A stretch of 37,132 nucleotides of DNA. Origin: Calditrichia bacterium. Its GTDB lineage: Bacteria; Calditrichota; Calditrichia; RBG-13-44-9. The DNA is taken from the NCBI GenBank assembly GCA_049282375.1, contig JBAPTX010000022.1:1-37132 (forward strand), given 5' to 3'. The position numbers were made by a program, and so were the translations under genes. Numbering within the stretch: position 1 is the stretch's first letter; each line of letters begins with the position of its first letter. The notes below the pieces were generated by a model that saw nothing but the letters and a program-made list of their open reading frames with translations, was not told where the DNA came from and searched no databases. Positions 27,377 through 35,896 of this stretch are shown in pieces.

Positions 27377-27875
27377 AGTATAAATTCCGGCTTTGCTGTA
27401 TGTGGCCCTGCGGGCTTATCTGCAATTCCACTTCTACAAAACAAACTTCGCTGCCGCCTTTTGCCTTTTTAAGATCTTCATTCAGATACTCAAACGGTTT
27501 GTTCAGTATGCCCGTCAAAATGGTCCGGTCATTCCGCAGCAGATTGTGATCAACAATCCGGTAGTTGACATAAACGCCATCAATATCATAAAAAGTGAGC
27601 TGATCCTTTTCAGTATGAAGTAAACTGTCTGCGCTTAACTTCTGTATATCGGACCGCAGCACCTGCTGCGCATTCCGCATGGCTGCCCTGCCGCCGGCGG
27701 TATTGTACACCCGGTTCACTGATTCGCTGCCCAGCGTGAAAAGACCGGCCACCACAAGGGATAACATTCCCATGATGGTCAGACCAACGGCCAGTTCAAT
27801 CAGCGTAAAACCGGAATTGTCTTTCAGCAGATTACAGAGGTTACGTTTGCAGAAGATCATTTGATTTTTTCTCAC
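27363..27875 (-). CDS. Minor (pseudo)pilin with prepilin-type N-terminal cleavage/methylation motif (GspJ/PilW-like)
   Basis: 170 aa. Class III signal NSG|FTLIELAVGLTIMGMLSLV. Confidence 0.75.
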   Translation of the reverse strand: MRKNQMIFCKRNLCNLLKDNSGFTLIELAVGLTIMGMLSLVVAGLFTLGSESVNRVYNTAGGRAAMRNAQQVLRSDIQKLSADSLLHTEKDQLTFYDIDGVYVNYRIVDHNLLRNDRTILTGILNKPFEYLNEDLKKAKGGSEVCFVEVELQISPQGHIQQSRNLYYVRN

Positions 27876-28276
27876 TTAATTTGGTACCGGGTAAAACGCA
27901 TTGTAAGTGAATATCCGTTTTCCAGTTGAGGATGATCTACCCGGACAACAACTTCCCAGGCATTCAGCTTTTCCTCTCCCCAATCCGATATTTGCTTAAC
28001 GGTAACCTGACGGCTGAACTGGTCTCCCAGATTTACATCTTCCTCTACAAACTGATCGGCATTTTTATACCAGTCCCAGTGTGTCTCTTTTATACCGATA
28101 ATCTCTTCCATTTTGGCTTCCGCCAGGGTGACGGCCGTTTCCATCACCCCGTTTCTTGCGGAATGCAGGGATACCAATCCCATTAAACTGAGGAGAGAAG
28201 GCAGGGCCAGCCCAAGGACGATAATCACAATTACCAGTTCAATTAATGTTGTACCCCGCTCATTCTTCCACATCAT
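27872..28276 (-). CDS. Minor (pseudo)pilin with prepilin-type N-terminal motif (GspI/PilV-like)
   Basis: 134 aa. ERG|TTLIELVIVIIVLGLALPSL has Glu at +5 but Thr instead of Phe at +1. ATGA overlap with the downstream gene. Confidence 0.7.
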   Translation of the reverse strand: MMWKNERGTTLIELVIVIIVLGLALPSLLSLMGLVSLHSARNGVMETAVTLAEAKMEEIIGIKETHWDWYKNADQFVEEDVNLGDQFSRQVTVKQISDWGEEKLNAWEVVVRVDHPQLENGYSLTMRFTRYQIK

Positions 28277-28290
28277 TCTTGCTCCTGCTG

Positions 28291-28665
28291 TTATTCAGCA
28301 CCGAATACATGACCGTTGGGGCAGGTAATGGTCAGCACATCCCCTGTAGCAGAGACAGTATAGGCACTGTTATCCTGCGGGCAGGTGGGTTCCTGTCCAT
28401 TTGCGAAAAAGCTGCCGGGGGCGGAATTGTAATCGCCGACCACTGATCCAAGGGTTGAGCCCTGCCCTTCTACTAACTGGGTAGAATACTCCATCATTAC
28501 AGAGCTTTCGATTGCCCGCTGATTGGCCAGACAGGCCGCTTCCTGGGCGCTGGCATTCATGCTGAAATATTTCGGAACCGCAACGGCTACCAGAATACCC
28601 AGAATGATGATTACCACAATCAGTTCGATCATGGTGAAACCCTGTTGATTGTGTAGACGCTTCAT
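28291..28665 (-). CDS. pilA: Major type IVa-like pilin
   Basis: Preferred start is ATG 28665, with AGGAGG 8 nt upstream. The track starts at GTG 28698. Leader MKRLHNQQG|FTMIELIVVIIILGILVAVAVPKYF. The C-terminal Cys pair (TCPQDN...LTITCP) resembles the T4a pilin D-region disulfide loop. Confidence 0.85.
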   Translation of the reverse strand: MKRLHNQQGFTMIELIVVIIILGILVAVAVPKYFSMNASAQEAACLANQRAIESSVMMEYSTQLVEGQGSTLGSVVGDYNSAPGSFFANGQEPTCPQDNSAYTVSATGDVLTITCPNGHVFGAE

Positions 28666-28802
28666 TGAATAAATCCTCCTGTGAGTTGGTATGCGCACAT
28701 CTTGTGCAGTTTTCCCGTCCCGAATGGCGGGACAGATTGTTTATGAGATTTAAAAAAGAACTTTACTTTTTATTATCGGCTATATCCTTTAAACATTAAC
28801 AG

Positions 28803-30002
28803 TTAAACAATACTCATCATGTCCCACATGGGCAGAAAAATTGCCAAAGCCAGCAGCAATACCATACCGCCCAGAAAAACGGTAATAACGGGTTCGATCA
28901 GCGCTGTCATGTTCTTTACGGTTTCATTTACTTCCATGTCATAATACTGGGAAATACTGTCCAGCATCTCATCCAGTGCACCGGACTTTTCGCCGATGCC
29001 CAGCATTTCCACCACGAAGGGGGAAAAATAGGGACTGCGGCGAACCGCGCTGGCAATTCCCGAGCCTTCTTTAACCAGCTCCAGAACCTGGTCCAGTTCA
29101 CGGCGGTACACTTCGTTTTCCATGGTATCCTTCATAGTGTCAAGCGCCTTCACCACCGGAATACCGGTACGGTTCATCGTGCTGAGCACTTTTGCAAAGC
29201 GTGCCATACTGACTTTGCGAAGTAATGGTCCAAAAATGGGGGCCTGCAGTTGCAGTTTATGAAACATGAAGCGTCCGGAAGGCCGGCGAATATACCAGAT
29301 TAAACCGGTGATTAGCACTGCCGTTATCAGCAGCAGGGGAATGCCGGCTGTGGACAGGATGTAGTAAAGACCGATCAGGACCCGGCTTGGCAGGGGCAGC
29401 TCCAGACCACTGGCTTCAAAAATGGGTATAAAGCGGGGAATAACTGCCATGGTGAAGATGAGAAAGGCAACCACTAAACCGATAATGACCATCATGGGAT
29501 ATCGCAGTGCCTTCTTAACACTTTGCTTCATCTGCTGCTCTTCTTCAAGGTAATTGGCGAGATACAGCAGGGTCTCTTCCAGGGTCCCGCTCATCTCTCC
29601 TACTTTAACTGCATTGATATACAGAGAAGGAAAAATTTTGGGGTATTGCTCCAGCGCGGTAGAAAATGCATTACCCTGCTCCACTTCGCGGGCAATCCGT
29701 TCCAGCAACACTTTAAAGGGAGATTCACCCGCCTGCTCCTTCAGTGCGTTTAAACTTACCAGAATGGGTACGCCAGAACGCAGCAGGGTATTAAGCTGCC
29801 GGGTAAACAGGATAATATCTTTAATCTTTATTTTTTTAAAAGAAACATTCTTAGCAGCCTTTTCCTTCTGAACACTGATTTCCACCGGCACAAGACTCAG
29901 GCGCTGCAGGTGCTGAATCACCTCTTTTTCGTTGGGTGCATCCATATCGTTTAAGATGGTGCGGCCATCAACATCAATTGCAGTATATGCATAATTTGGC
30001 AT
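28803..30002 (-). CDS. pilC: Type IV pilus / T2SS platform protein (GspF/PilC family)
   Basis: 399 aa. Two repeated T2SSF-type halves (FTRQLNTLLRSGVPI... and FAKVLSTMNRTGIPV...) and three TM segments. Confidence 0.9.
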   Translation of the reverse strand: MPNYAYTAIDVDGRTILNDMDAPNEKEVIQHLQRLSLVPVEISVQKEKAAKNVSFKKIKIKDIILFTRQLNTLLRSGVPILVSLNALKEQAGESPFKVLLERIAREVEQGNAFSTALEQYPKIFPSLYINAVKVGEMSGTLEETLLYLANYLEEEQQMKQSVKKALRYPMMVIIGLVVAFLIFTMAVIPRFIPIFEASGLELPLPSRVLIGLYYILSTAGIPLLLITAVLITGLIWYIRRPSGRFMFHKLQLQAPIFGPLLRKVSMARFAKVLSTMNRTGIPVVKALDTMKDTMENEVYRRELDQVLELVKEGSGIASAVRRSPYFSPFVVEMLGIGEKSGALDEMLDSISQYYDMEVNETVKNMTALIEPVITVFLGGMVLLLALAIFLPMWDMMSIV

Positions 30003-30017
30003 CCGCGAATCCTTTCA

Positions 30018-30785
30018 TCAATTCCTTGTGATAAATAAATGCCAATACCAATCCAGTAAGGCGGGGCCCCAGTAAATAAAAAGCAGGGTTCCCATTGTAA
30101 AGAAAGGCGCCATGGGAACACTCTCCCGCGGTGCCTGCCGTCGATATGCAGCAATAAATAAAATAACCAGCAGGGCTATAAAAAATCCGGCGAACATGGC
30201 CGGCAGAACCATTTTCCAGCCCAGCATAAATCCCAGTACCGCCGCCATTTTCACATCACCCATTCCCATACTTTCTTTTGCGAACACCTTTTCGCCCAGT
30301 AAGGCAAATAAAAACAGTGAAAAGCCACCGGCCAGAAAACCCAGTACAGCCTGAGGCCAGGGAATAATTTGGAAAGCCAGATTCATGCACAGGAGACATG
30401 CCAATAAAAGCAGAAGCTGTTTGTTATAAATGAGGCCCTGTGCAAGGTCAATAAAACTGATCACAATTAGAAAATAGCTGGCAAGGGTATAAAAAAGCAT
30501 GGCGGGGGAAAAACCGAACTTAAAAAAAGCAGCCGCTGTTAAAACGCCGCTCAGGAATTCCACAACCGGATACTGCCGCGAAATGGGATGGTGACATGAA
30601 TGGCAGCGGCCTTTTAAAATCAGAAAAGAGAGAACCGGAATATTCAAATAAAACGGCACCGGCGAAGCACAATGCATACAGGCAGAGCGGGGCCGCCAAA
30701 TGGACTTTTTTTGCGGCAGCCGGTAAATGCATACATTGAGAAAACTGCCAATTAAAGTACCGCCGATAAACATTAAAAGAGTCAT
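30018..30785 (-). CDS. pilD: Prepilin peptidase / N-methyltransferase (A24 family)
   Basis: 255 aa. N-terminal Cys cluster (CMHCASP...CHSCHHPI), polytopic, with the conserved GMGDVKMAAVLG aspartyl-protease motif. Confidence 0.9.
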   Translation of the reverse strand: MTLLMFIGGTLIGSFLNVCIYRLPQKKSIWRPRSACMHCASPVPFYLNIPVLSFLILKGRCHSCHHPISRQYPVVEFLSGVLTAAAFFKFGFSPAMLFYTLASYFLIVISFIDLAQGLIYNKQLLLLLACLLCMNLAFQIIPWPQAVLGFLAGGFSLFLFALLGEKVFAKESMGMGDVKMAAVLGFMLGWKMVLPAMFAGFFIALLVILFIAAYRRQAPRESVPMAPFFTMGTLLFIYWGPALLDWYWHLFITRN

Positions 30786-30796
30786 CCTGAGTTTTC

Positions 30797-33067
30797 CTAT
30801 ACTAACCTGAGTTCGCGGTTCGGCATACTGCTCTTTTTCTTCTCATCTGTTACCAGAGGATGATTGACCCGGTAAAGAAGCCGCTTTACCCGGGCGATCA
30901 GCACATCCGGTTTGTACGGCTTGCTGATATAATCATCGGCACCCAGCTCAAAACTCTTCACCTCAGTATCAGTCCCGTTCAGCGCGGTTAACATGATTAC
31001 CGGAATGGCGGCAGTGGCTAAATTTTCCCGAAGTTTATTCAGAAATTCATATCCGTCCATTTCAGGCATCATGATATCCAGAACAATCACATCCGGCTTC
31101 TGCCGTTCCACTAATTCCAGTGCCTGCAGACCGTCCGGCGCTTCCTGCAGCTCCCAGTTTGTTTTTTTCTGCATCAGGACCCGGACCATTCTTCGCATGT
31201 CAGGCGAATCTTCCACCAGCAAAACTCTGGGTATCCGGCTGCTTTCCGGGGAGGCAGAACCCAGGGCAGGAGCCGTGTTGCCTGTTCCGGGCATATGCTT
31301 TGTTAAAGGCGGTTCCACCGATTTGGGGAAATTCGGCACCGACGGATTCTCATTCTCTTCGGAAGGATTATTGATCTCATTGGGATTTATGACCCGCAGC
31401 ATTTCTTTATAATCGGTAACGCCCTCAGCAATCAGTTCCAGTGCATGTTCATAGAGATTAATAAAGCCCTGCTTACGGGCCGTCTCGCGGATAGCCGATT
31501 CGGGAGCGCCGGATGCAATAAGGTCTTTGAGTTCTGTGGTTAATTGTAGTATTTCATAAACGCCGCTGCGGCCTTTATAACCGGAAAATCCGCACTTCTG
31601 GCAACCGTCCGCTTTATAAAAATGCGCTTTAAAGCCCAACTGAGTTATATAAGGTTTCAGCTTTTTTTCCACGTCATCAGGTTCTTTTTCCTGCTTGCAA
31701 TGCTGGCACAGCCGGCGGACCAGACGCTGGGCAACTACCGCTTCCAGCGAAGAAGCCACTTTATATACATCCACTCCCATATCCGCCAGCCGGGTAATGG
31801 CGCCAAGTGCATTATTGGTGTGCAGTGTACTGAGAACAAGATGACCGGTAAGTGAGGCCTGCATTGCTATTTCAGCGGTTTCACCGTCCCGTATTTCTCC
31901 CACCAGAATTACATCAGGATCCTGCCGCAGAAATGAACGGAGGGCGGATGCAAAAGTAATTCCTGCTTTTTCATTTACCTGCACCTGATTGATACCTTCA
32001 ATATGATATTCAATGGGGTCTTCTATCGTCAGGATGTTGTTGGCGGTATTGCGGATGCGGTTCAGGGCGGCATATAGCGTGGTTGTTTTTCCGGAACCGG
32101 TGGGCCCGGTTACCAGAATCATACCTTGTGTTTTTTTGAAACAGGATTCCAGCCGGCGCAGATTATCGCCGTTAATTCCCATTTGCTGAAAGGAAACCCG
32201 GGCTTTACGGGGATCTAAAATCCGGATGACAGCTTTTTCCCCGTAACTGGTCGGCAAGATGGAAATACGCAGATCAATCCCGGTGTTATCGTGAATAACC
32301 TTTGCTTTACCGTCTTGTGGTTTGCGGGATTCGGCAATGTTCAGATTGGAAATAATTTTAATACGACTGATCAGGGTCTGCTGCACACTCCGGGGCACTT
32401 CCACAATATTCCGCAGAATCCCGTCCACCCGGTAGCGCACAACAACCACTTTATCTTTAGGTTCAATATGAATATCGCTGGCGTCACTGGCAATGGCTTC
32501 ACCAATGATCATACTGACCAGACGCACAACTGAGGATGAATCATCTTCCTCCTCGGCACCGCTGATCTTCACCTTATTTTGCACTTTTGCCCGGTCCATC
32601 AGATTATCAATAAATTTGTCGGGCGCATAGAATTCTTCAATTTTTCCCTTAATCTGATGCCGGAATGCAAAACAGGTTTTTACGTACTTGCCGGTCAGAT
32701 AGGCAATTTCTTTTTCGGAATCCAGATCAAAGGGATTGCTGAAGGCAACCGAGATCTGATCTTTATTCAATGACAGAGGGAAGACCTGGTATTTCCGGCA
32801 AAGCCGTTCGGGCAACTGCTCAACCGCCGCCTCCTGAATTTCTGCATTTTGCAGATCCACCACCGGGATCTGCAGAACGTTTTCGATAAAGACGCCAATA
32901 TCTTCCGCACTGAGATAGTGATTATTCAGCAGGACATCCAGAAAACTGGGACTGTCTGCAAAACGGGTTCGCAATTCCTGCAAAAATTCCTCATCAAGAA
33001 TCTGATAATCCAGGAGCGATTTTGCCAGCCATTCGTCTTCAAAAATATGGTGAGTATTAACTTGCAT
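30797..33067 (-). CDS. pilB: PilB/GspE-family extension ATPase fused to a C-terminal CheY-like receiver domain
   Basis: 756-aa single ORF. N-terminal T2SSE_N-like domain (aa ~10-150), Walker A GPTGSGKTTT (aa 321-330), His box STLHTNNA and a tetracysteine motif (C454, C457, C489, C492). A P/N/S-rich linker (aa ~561-612) leads into the receiver domain (aa ~613-733). Confidence 0.9.
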   Translation of the reverse strand: MQVNTHHIFEDEWLAKSLLDYQILDEEFLQELRTRFADSPSFLDVLLNNHYLSAEDIGVFIENVLQIPVVDLQNAEIQEAAVEQLPERLCRKYQVFPLSLNKDQISVAFSNPFDLDSEKEIAYLTGKYVKTCFAFRHQIKGKIEEFYAPDKFIDNLMDRAKVQNKVKISGAEEEDDSSSVVRLVSMIIGEAIASDASDIHIEPKDKVVVVRYRVDGILRNIVEVPRSVQQTLISRIKIISNLNIAESRKPQDGKAKVIHDNTGIDLRISILPTSYGEKAVIRILDPRKARVSFQQMGINGDNLRRLESCFKKTQGMILVTGPTGSGKTTTLYAALNRIRNTANNILTIEDPIEYHIEGINQVQVNEKAGITFASALRSFLRQDPDVILVGEIRDGETAEIAMQASLTGHLVLSTLHTNNALGAITRLADMGVDVYKVASSLEAVVAQRLVRRLCQHCKQEKEPDDVEKKLKPYITQLGFKAHFYKADGCQKCGFSGYKGRSGVYEILQLTTELKDLIASGAPESAIRETARKQGFINLYEHALELIAEGVTDYKEMLRVINPNEINNPSEENENPSVPNFPKSVEPPLTKHMPGTGNTAPALGSASPESSRIPRVLLVEDSPDMRRMVRVLMQKKTNWELQEAPDGLQALELVERQKPDVIVLDIMMPEMDGYEFLNKLRENLATAAIPVIMLTALNGTDTEVKSFELGADDYISKPYKPDVLIARVKRLLYRVNHPLVTDEKKKSSMPNRELRLV
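30869..31231 (-). other. Response-regulator receiver (REC) domain forming the C-terminus of the PilB-like ATPase
   Basis: RVLLVEDSPD (acidic pair E619/D620), DVIVLDIMMPEMDG (predicted phospho-acceptor D664), IPVIMLTALNG (T693) and DYISKPYKP (K716-P717). All canonical receiver residues are present. Confidence 0.85.
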
Positions 33068-33147
33068 AAAATCCTTTTATTACTTTTGTCCCGCTTTTAT
33101 CTTGTCATCCGTAACTACTATTCGGAAGAATTCCTGGACCGCTTTAA

Positions 33148-34107
33148 ATGAAAATATTTTCCTTCAGTGTTACTGCCCGCTTCCCTGATAACCGGCTCGA
33201 CCAGGTTCTCAGCAATTTGCAGCCGGATTTATCGCGCCGGCAGGCCAAACGGCTGATTGACCGGGGCAGTGTTTTTGTGAACAGAAAGCGAATCCGGAAG
33301 GCTTCTTTCAGAGTAACGCCGCCTGCTTTCATCCGTATTTTTCTTAAAAACAATGATGAGCTTGAGAATAAAAGTCATCAAATCCATTGGTCCTCCCTGA
33401 TTCTTTTTCGTGATGCTGATTTAATCTCGGTCAACAAACCGGCCGGGATTCCAACTGCCCCCACGCCCTATTCCGCTGTGCATAATGTTTACGGGTTTCT
33501 GAAACGGGAGGGGATTTTACCTGCCCGCTACTTCCCTTTTCACCGCCTCGATCTGGAAACTTCCGGCGTTCTGCTTATTCCATTATCCCGGCGTATGGCG
33601 GCCCATCTGAACCGTCAAATGAAGGATAGAGAAATTAAAAAACAGTACTTGGCGCTTTGTGCGGGGATCTGTAAAGAAAAAAGCTGGGAAATAAGCGGAC
33701 GGATCATCCCTCAGTCTGGTACTTCCAGGCAGAAATTTACCGAACAGGAACAGCCTGCCAACTCCCTTACCCGCTTTAACCTGATTGCCCAGCGCCACGA
33801 TCCGGATATTTGTCTGATCGGGGGAAATCCGGTTACCGGCCGTACTCACCAGATCCGGCTGCATTTGCTGAAATCCGGTTTGCCGGTTATAGGAGATCCT
33901 TTGTACTTCCCCGCCCGCGCTGAATTTTTCAGTGAACCCCAACCATCCCGGTTGATGCTGCACTGTTTTACCATGTGCTTCAATCATCCTTTATTAAAAG
34001 ACCCATTAATCATTCAAGCGCCCTTGCCGGATGATTTTAAAATCCCTTTGTTCAGGTATTTACCCGAACTTCGTACAATGGATTTGCAAACCCAATGCCA
34101 ATTGTGA
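33148..34107 (+). CDS. RluA-family 23S rRNA pseudouridine synthase (RluC/RluD-like, with an S4-like N-terminal domain)
   Basis: 319 aa. S4-like LDQVLSNL...SRRQAKRLIDRGSVFVNRKRI, the catalytic HRLDLETSGVLL motif, and TGRTHQIRLHL. Confidence 0.85.
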   Translation: MKIFSFSVTARFPDNRLDQVLSNLQPDLSRRQAKRLIDRGSVFVNRKRIRKASFRVTPPAFIRIFLKNNDELENKSHQIHWSSLILFRDADLISVNKPAGIPTAPTPYSAVHNVYGFLKREGILPARYFPFHRLDLETSGVLLIPLSRRMAAHLNRQMKDREIKKQYLALCAGICKEKSWEISGRIIPQSGTSRQKFTEQEQPANSLTRFNLIAQRHDPDICLIGGNPVTGRTHQIRLHLLKSGLPVIGDPLYFPARAEFFSEPQPSRLMLHCFTMCFNHPLLKDPLIIQAPLPDDFKIPLFRYLPELRTMDLQTQCQL

Positions 34108-34457
34108 AATTCAGTATTTAGGCACACTGTTTATTTTACCAGGCGTCCTTAACTGACCATTCAGACAACAGGTGGTGGAAAATTCGTCAGTAATCCCAAT
34201 AAAAGGCGGGAAGAAAAGGATTGAGGAAATGAGAAATGGAAGCGGATTTAGAGACTCTTGCATTCACAGAACCGGAGGACTTAAATCATTCTGAATATTT
34301 TTCCCTGCAGATTATTTAACGGGTATTTTGGGAAAGCATCTGATTTTGAATGTTATAATAAGCGGTGAGGAGTGAAAGTTAGATACGGCAGGTGGTCTTA
34401 ATCATCCCGTTCAGAGAGGCGCAAAAACGGATATGAGAGCAACACAAAACATCCAAA

Positions 34458-35861
34458 TTAAACGGTTGTTTGCCTTAACCGCGCCACAAACGAACCATCC
34501 ATCTGGTGTTTATGAGGAAAGGTCCGCACATAATACTTGTTCCCCAGATATTTCCCGGGAATCAGATCGGTCAGGGATTCACGCTGAAAACCGGAAAATC
34601 GCTGCAGAAAATCTTCAATGACTTTTTCATTTTCTTCGGGTTCAATGGTGCAGGTACTGTACACAATAATTCCGCCCGGTTTCAGCGCCGCCGCTGCCGA
34701 TTCCAGCAGGCTCATCTGAAGAGATTTCATATTATCAATGTCCTGTTCGGTCCGCTTCCATTTTAAGTCCACCCTTTTATTCAAAACACCAAATCCGCTG
34801 CAGGGCGCATCCAGTAAAATCCTGTCGAATTTCCGGTTCAGCGGCAACTGAAGGGCGTCAGCAACCAGTGCCAGATAATTGTTGAACTCAAGCCGCTGCA
34901 GGTTGTCGCGCGTCTGACGGATACGGCTGGCACGGCGGTCAATTGCCAGCAGAAGACCCCGGTTATGCAGCTTTTCTGCAATATAGCCGGATTTACCGCC
35001 CGGCGCGGCGCACATATCCAGGATAGTTTCTCCGGGCCGGGGTTCCAGTGCCAGTACCGGTAATCCGGTACTCACATCCTGGACGGTGGTCCATCCCCGC
35101 TGCAGAAAATCCAGTTTACGGAATTCCTGAAAATTATCAATCCAGATAAAATTAGGGAAATCGGGGTGCACTTCGTAGCGGACTTCGCTTTCATTCAAAA
35201 TCTTAAAAAAACTTTCCCTGTCAGCCAGTATTTCATTCAGGCGCACCGAGAGGCGCGGACGCTGATTGTTTGCGGCACAAAGCAGGTTAACCTCATCAAT
35301 CCCCCAGTATTCAATCCAGCGCTGCACCAGCCATTTGGGATGAGATAACTTGAAGGCGGTTTTATCAAGCACATCCAACTGGGTTTCCAGCAGCTCAAAC
35401 TTTTTCTGCTGGCGCAGAAAGTTGCGTAAAATGGCGTTCACCAGATTGGCGGTCTTTTGATTGTACCGCTCTTTGGCAATTTCCACTGCTTCATATAAAA
35501 CTGCATACGGCGGAATCTTGTCCAGATACAGAAGCTGGTAAACAGATGACCGCAAATTATTTTTAACATCAGGAATCAGATTATCGTATTCTCCCAGATA
35601 TAGTTGATTTAGATGCCAGTCCAGACGCAGCTGCCAGCGCAGCACTCCGTTCACAATTTCTGTAATAAAGCGGCGGTCAACATCTTCAAATTCCCGGATT
35701 TCCCGCTCCAGCAACTTATCTGAATACGCCTGACGGGTTTCAACTTTGCTCAGAATTTCAACAATCTTGCTGCGGGCTTTCAGTTGGGAGGTAAATTCCT
35801 GCTGTTCGGGAAAGGTTTTATCTTCTGACTTCATAGATTTTCCTGAATTTTGTGGGTTCAA
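34458..35861 (-). CDS. rsmB: 16S rRNA (cytosine-C5)-methyltransferase RsmB/Sun
   Basis: 467 aa. NusB-like N-terminal domain, SAM-binding ILDMCAAPGGKS, and the catalytic DRILLDAPCSGFGV and YSTCT motifs. Confidence 0.9.
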   Translation of the reverse strand: MNPQNSGKSMKSEDKTFPEQQEFTSQLKARSKIVEILSKVETRQAYSDKLLEREIREFEDVDRRFITEIVNGVLRWQLRLDWHLNQLYLGEYDNLIPDVKNNLRSSVYQLLYLDKIPPYAVLYEAVEIAKERYNQKTANLVNAILRNFLRQQKKFELLETQLDVLDKTAFKLSHPKWLVQRWIEYWGIDEVNLLCAANNQRPRLSVRLNEILADRESFFKILNESEVRYEVHPDFPNFIWIDNFQEFRKLDFLQRGWTTVQDVSTGLPVLALEPRPGETILDMCAAPGGKSGYIAEKLHNRGLLLAIDRRASRIRQTRDNLQRLEFNNYLALVADALQLPLNRKFDRILLDAPCSGFGVLNKRVDLKWKRTEQDIDNMKSLQMSLLESAAAALKPGGIIVYSTCTIEPEENEKVIEDFLQRFSGFQRESLTDLIPGKYLGNKYYVRTFPHKHQMDGSFVARLRQTTV

Positions 35862-35896
35862 CTAATTACGGCAAGCAATATTTATTGCGGGTGATT

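Noticed and set aside
28666-28698. GVG/GTG-initiated 11-codon N-terminal extension of the pilin ORF, and the similar 19-codon extension of the PilP-like ORF (24059..24115)
   Set aside because: For the pilin, ATG 28665 has a perfect AGGAGG at the right spacing and gives a normal 9-aa class III leader. For the PilP-like gene, ATG 24058 overlaps the pilO stop (ATGAATAA) and directly precedes the TM helix. The longer forms would overlap upstream sequence without support.
28700-28735. Possible sigma-54 (-24 GG / -12 GC) promoter upstream of the pilin gene (GGGAC-N-CTGCA)
   Set aside because: The GG-to-GC spacing is 11 nt rather than 10, the flanks do not match TGGCAC/TTGCW, and no PilR-type enhancer-binding protein is present in the window.
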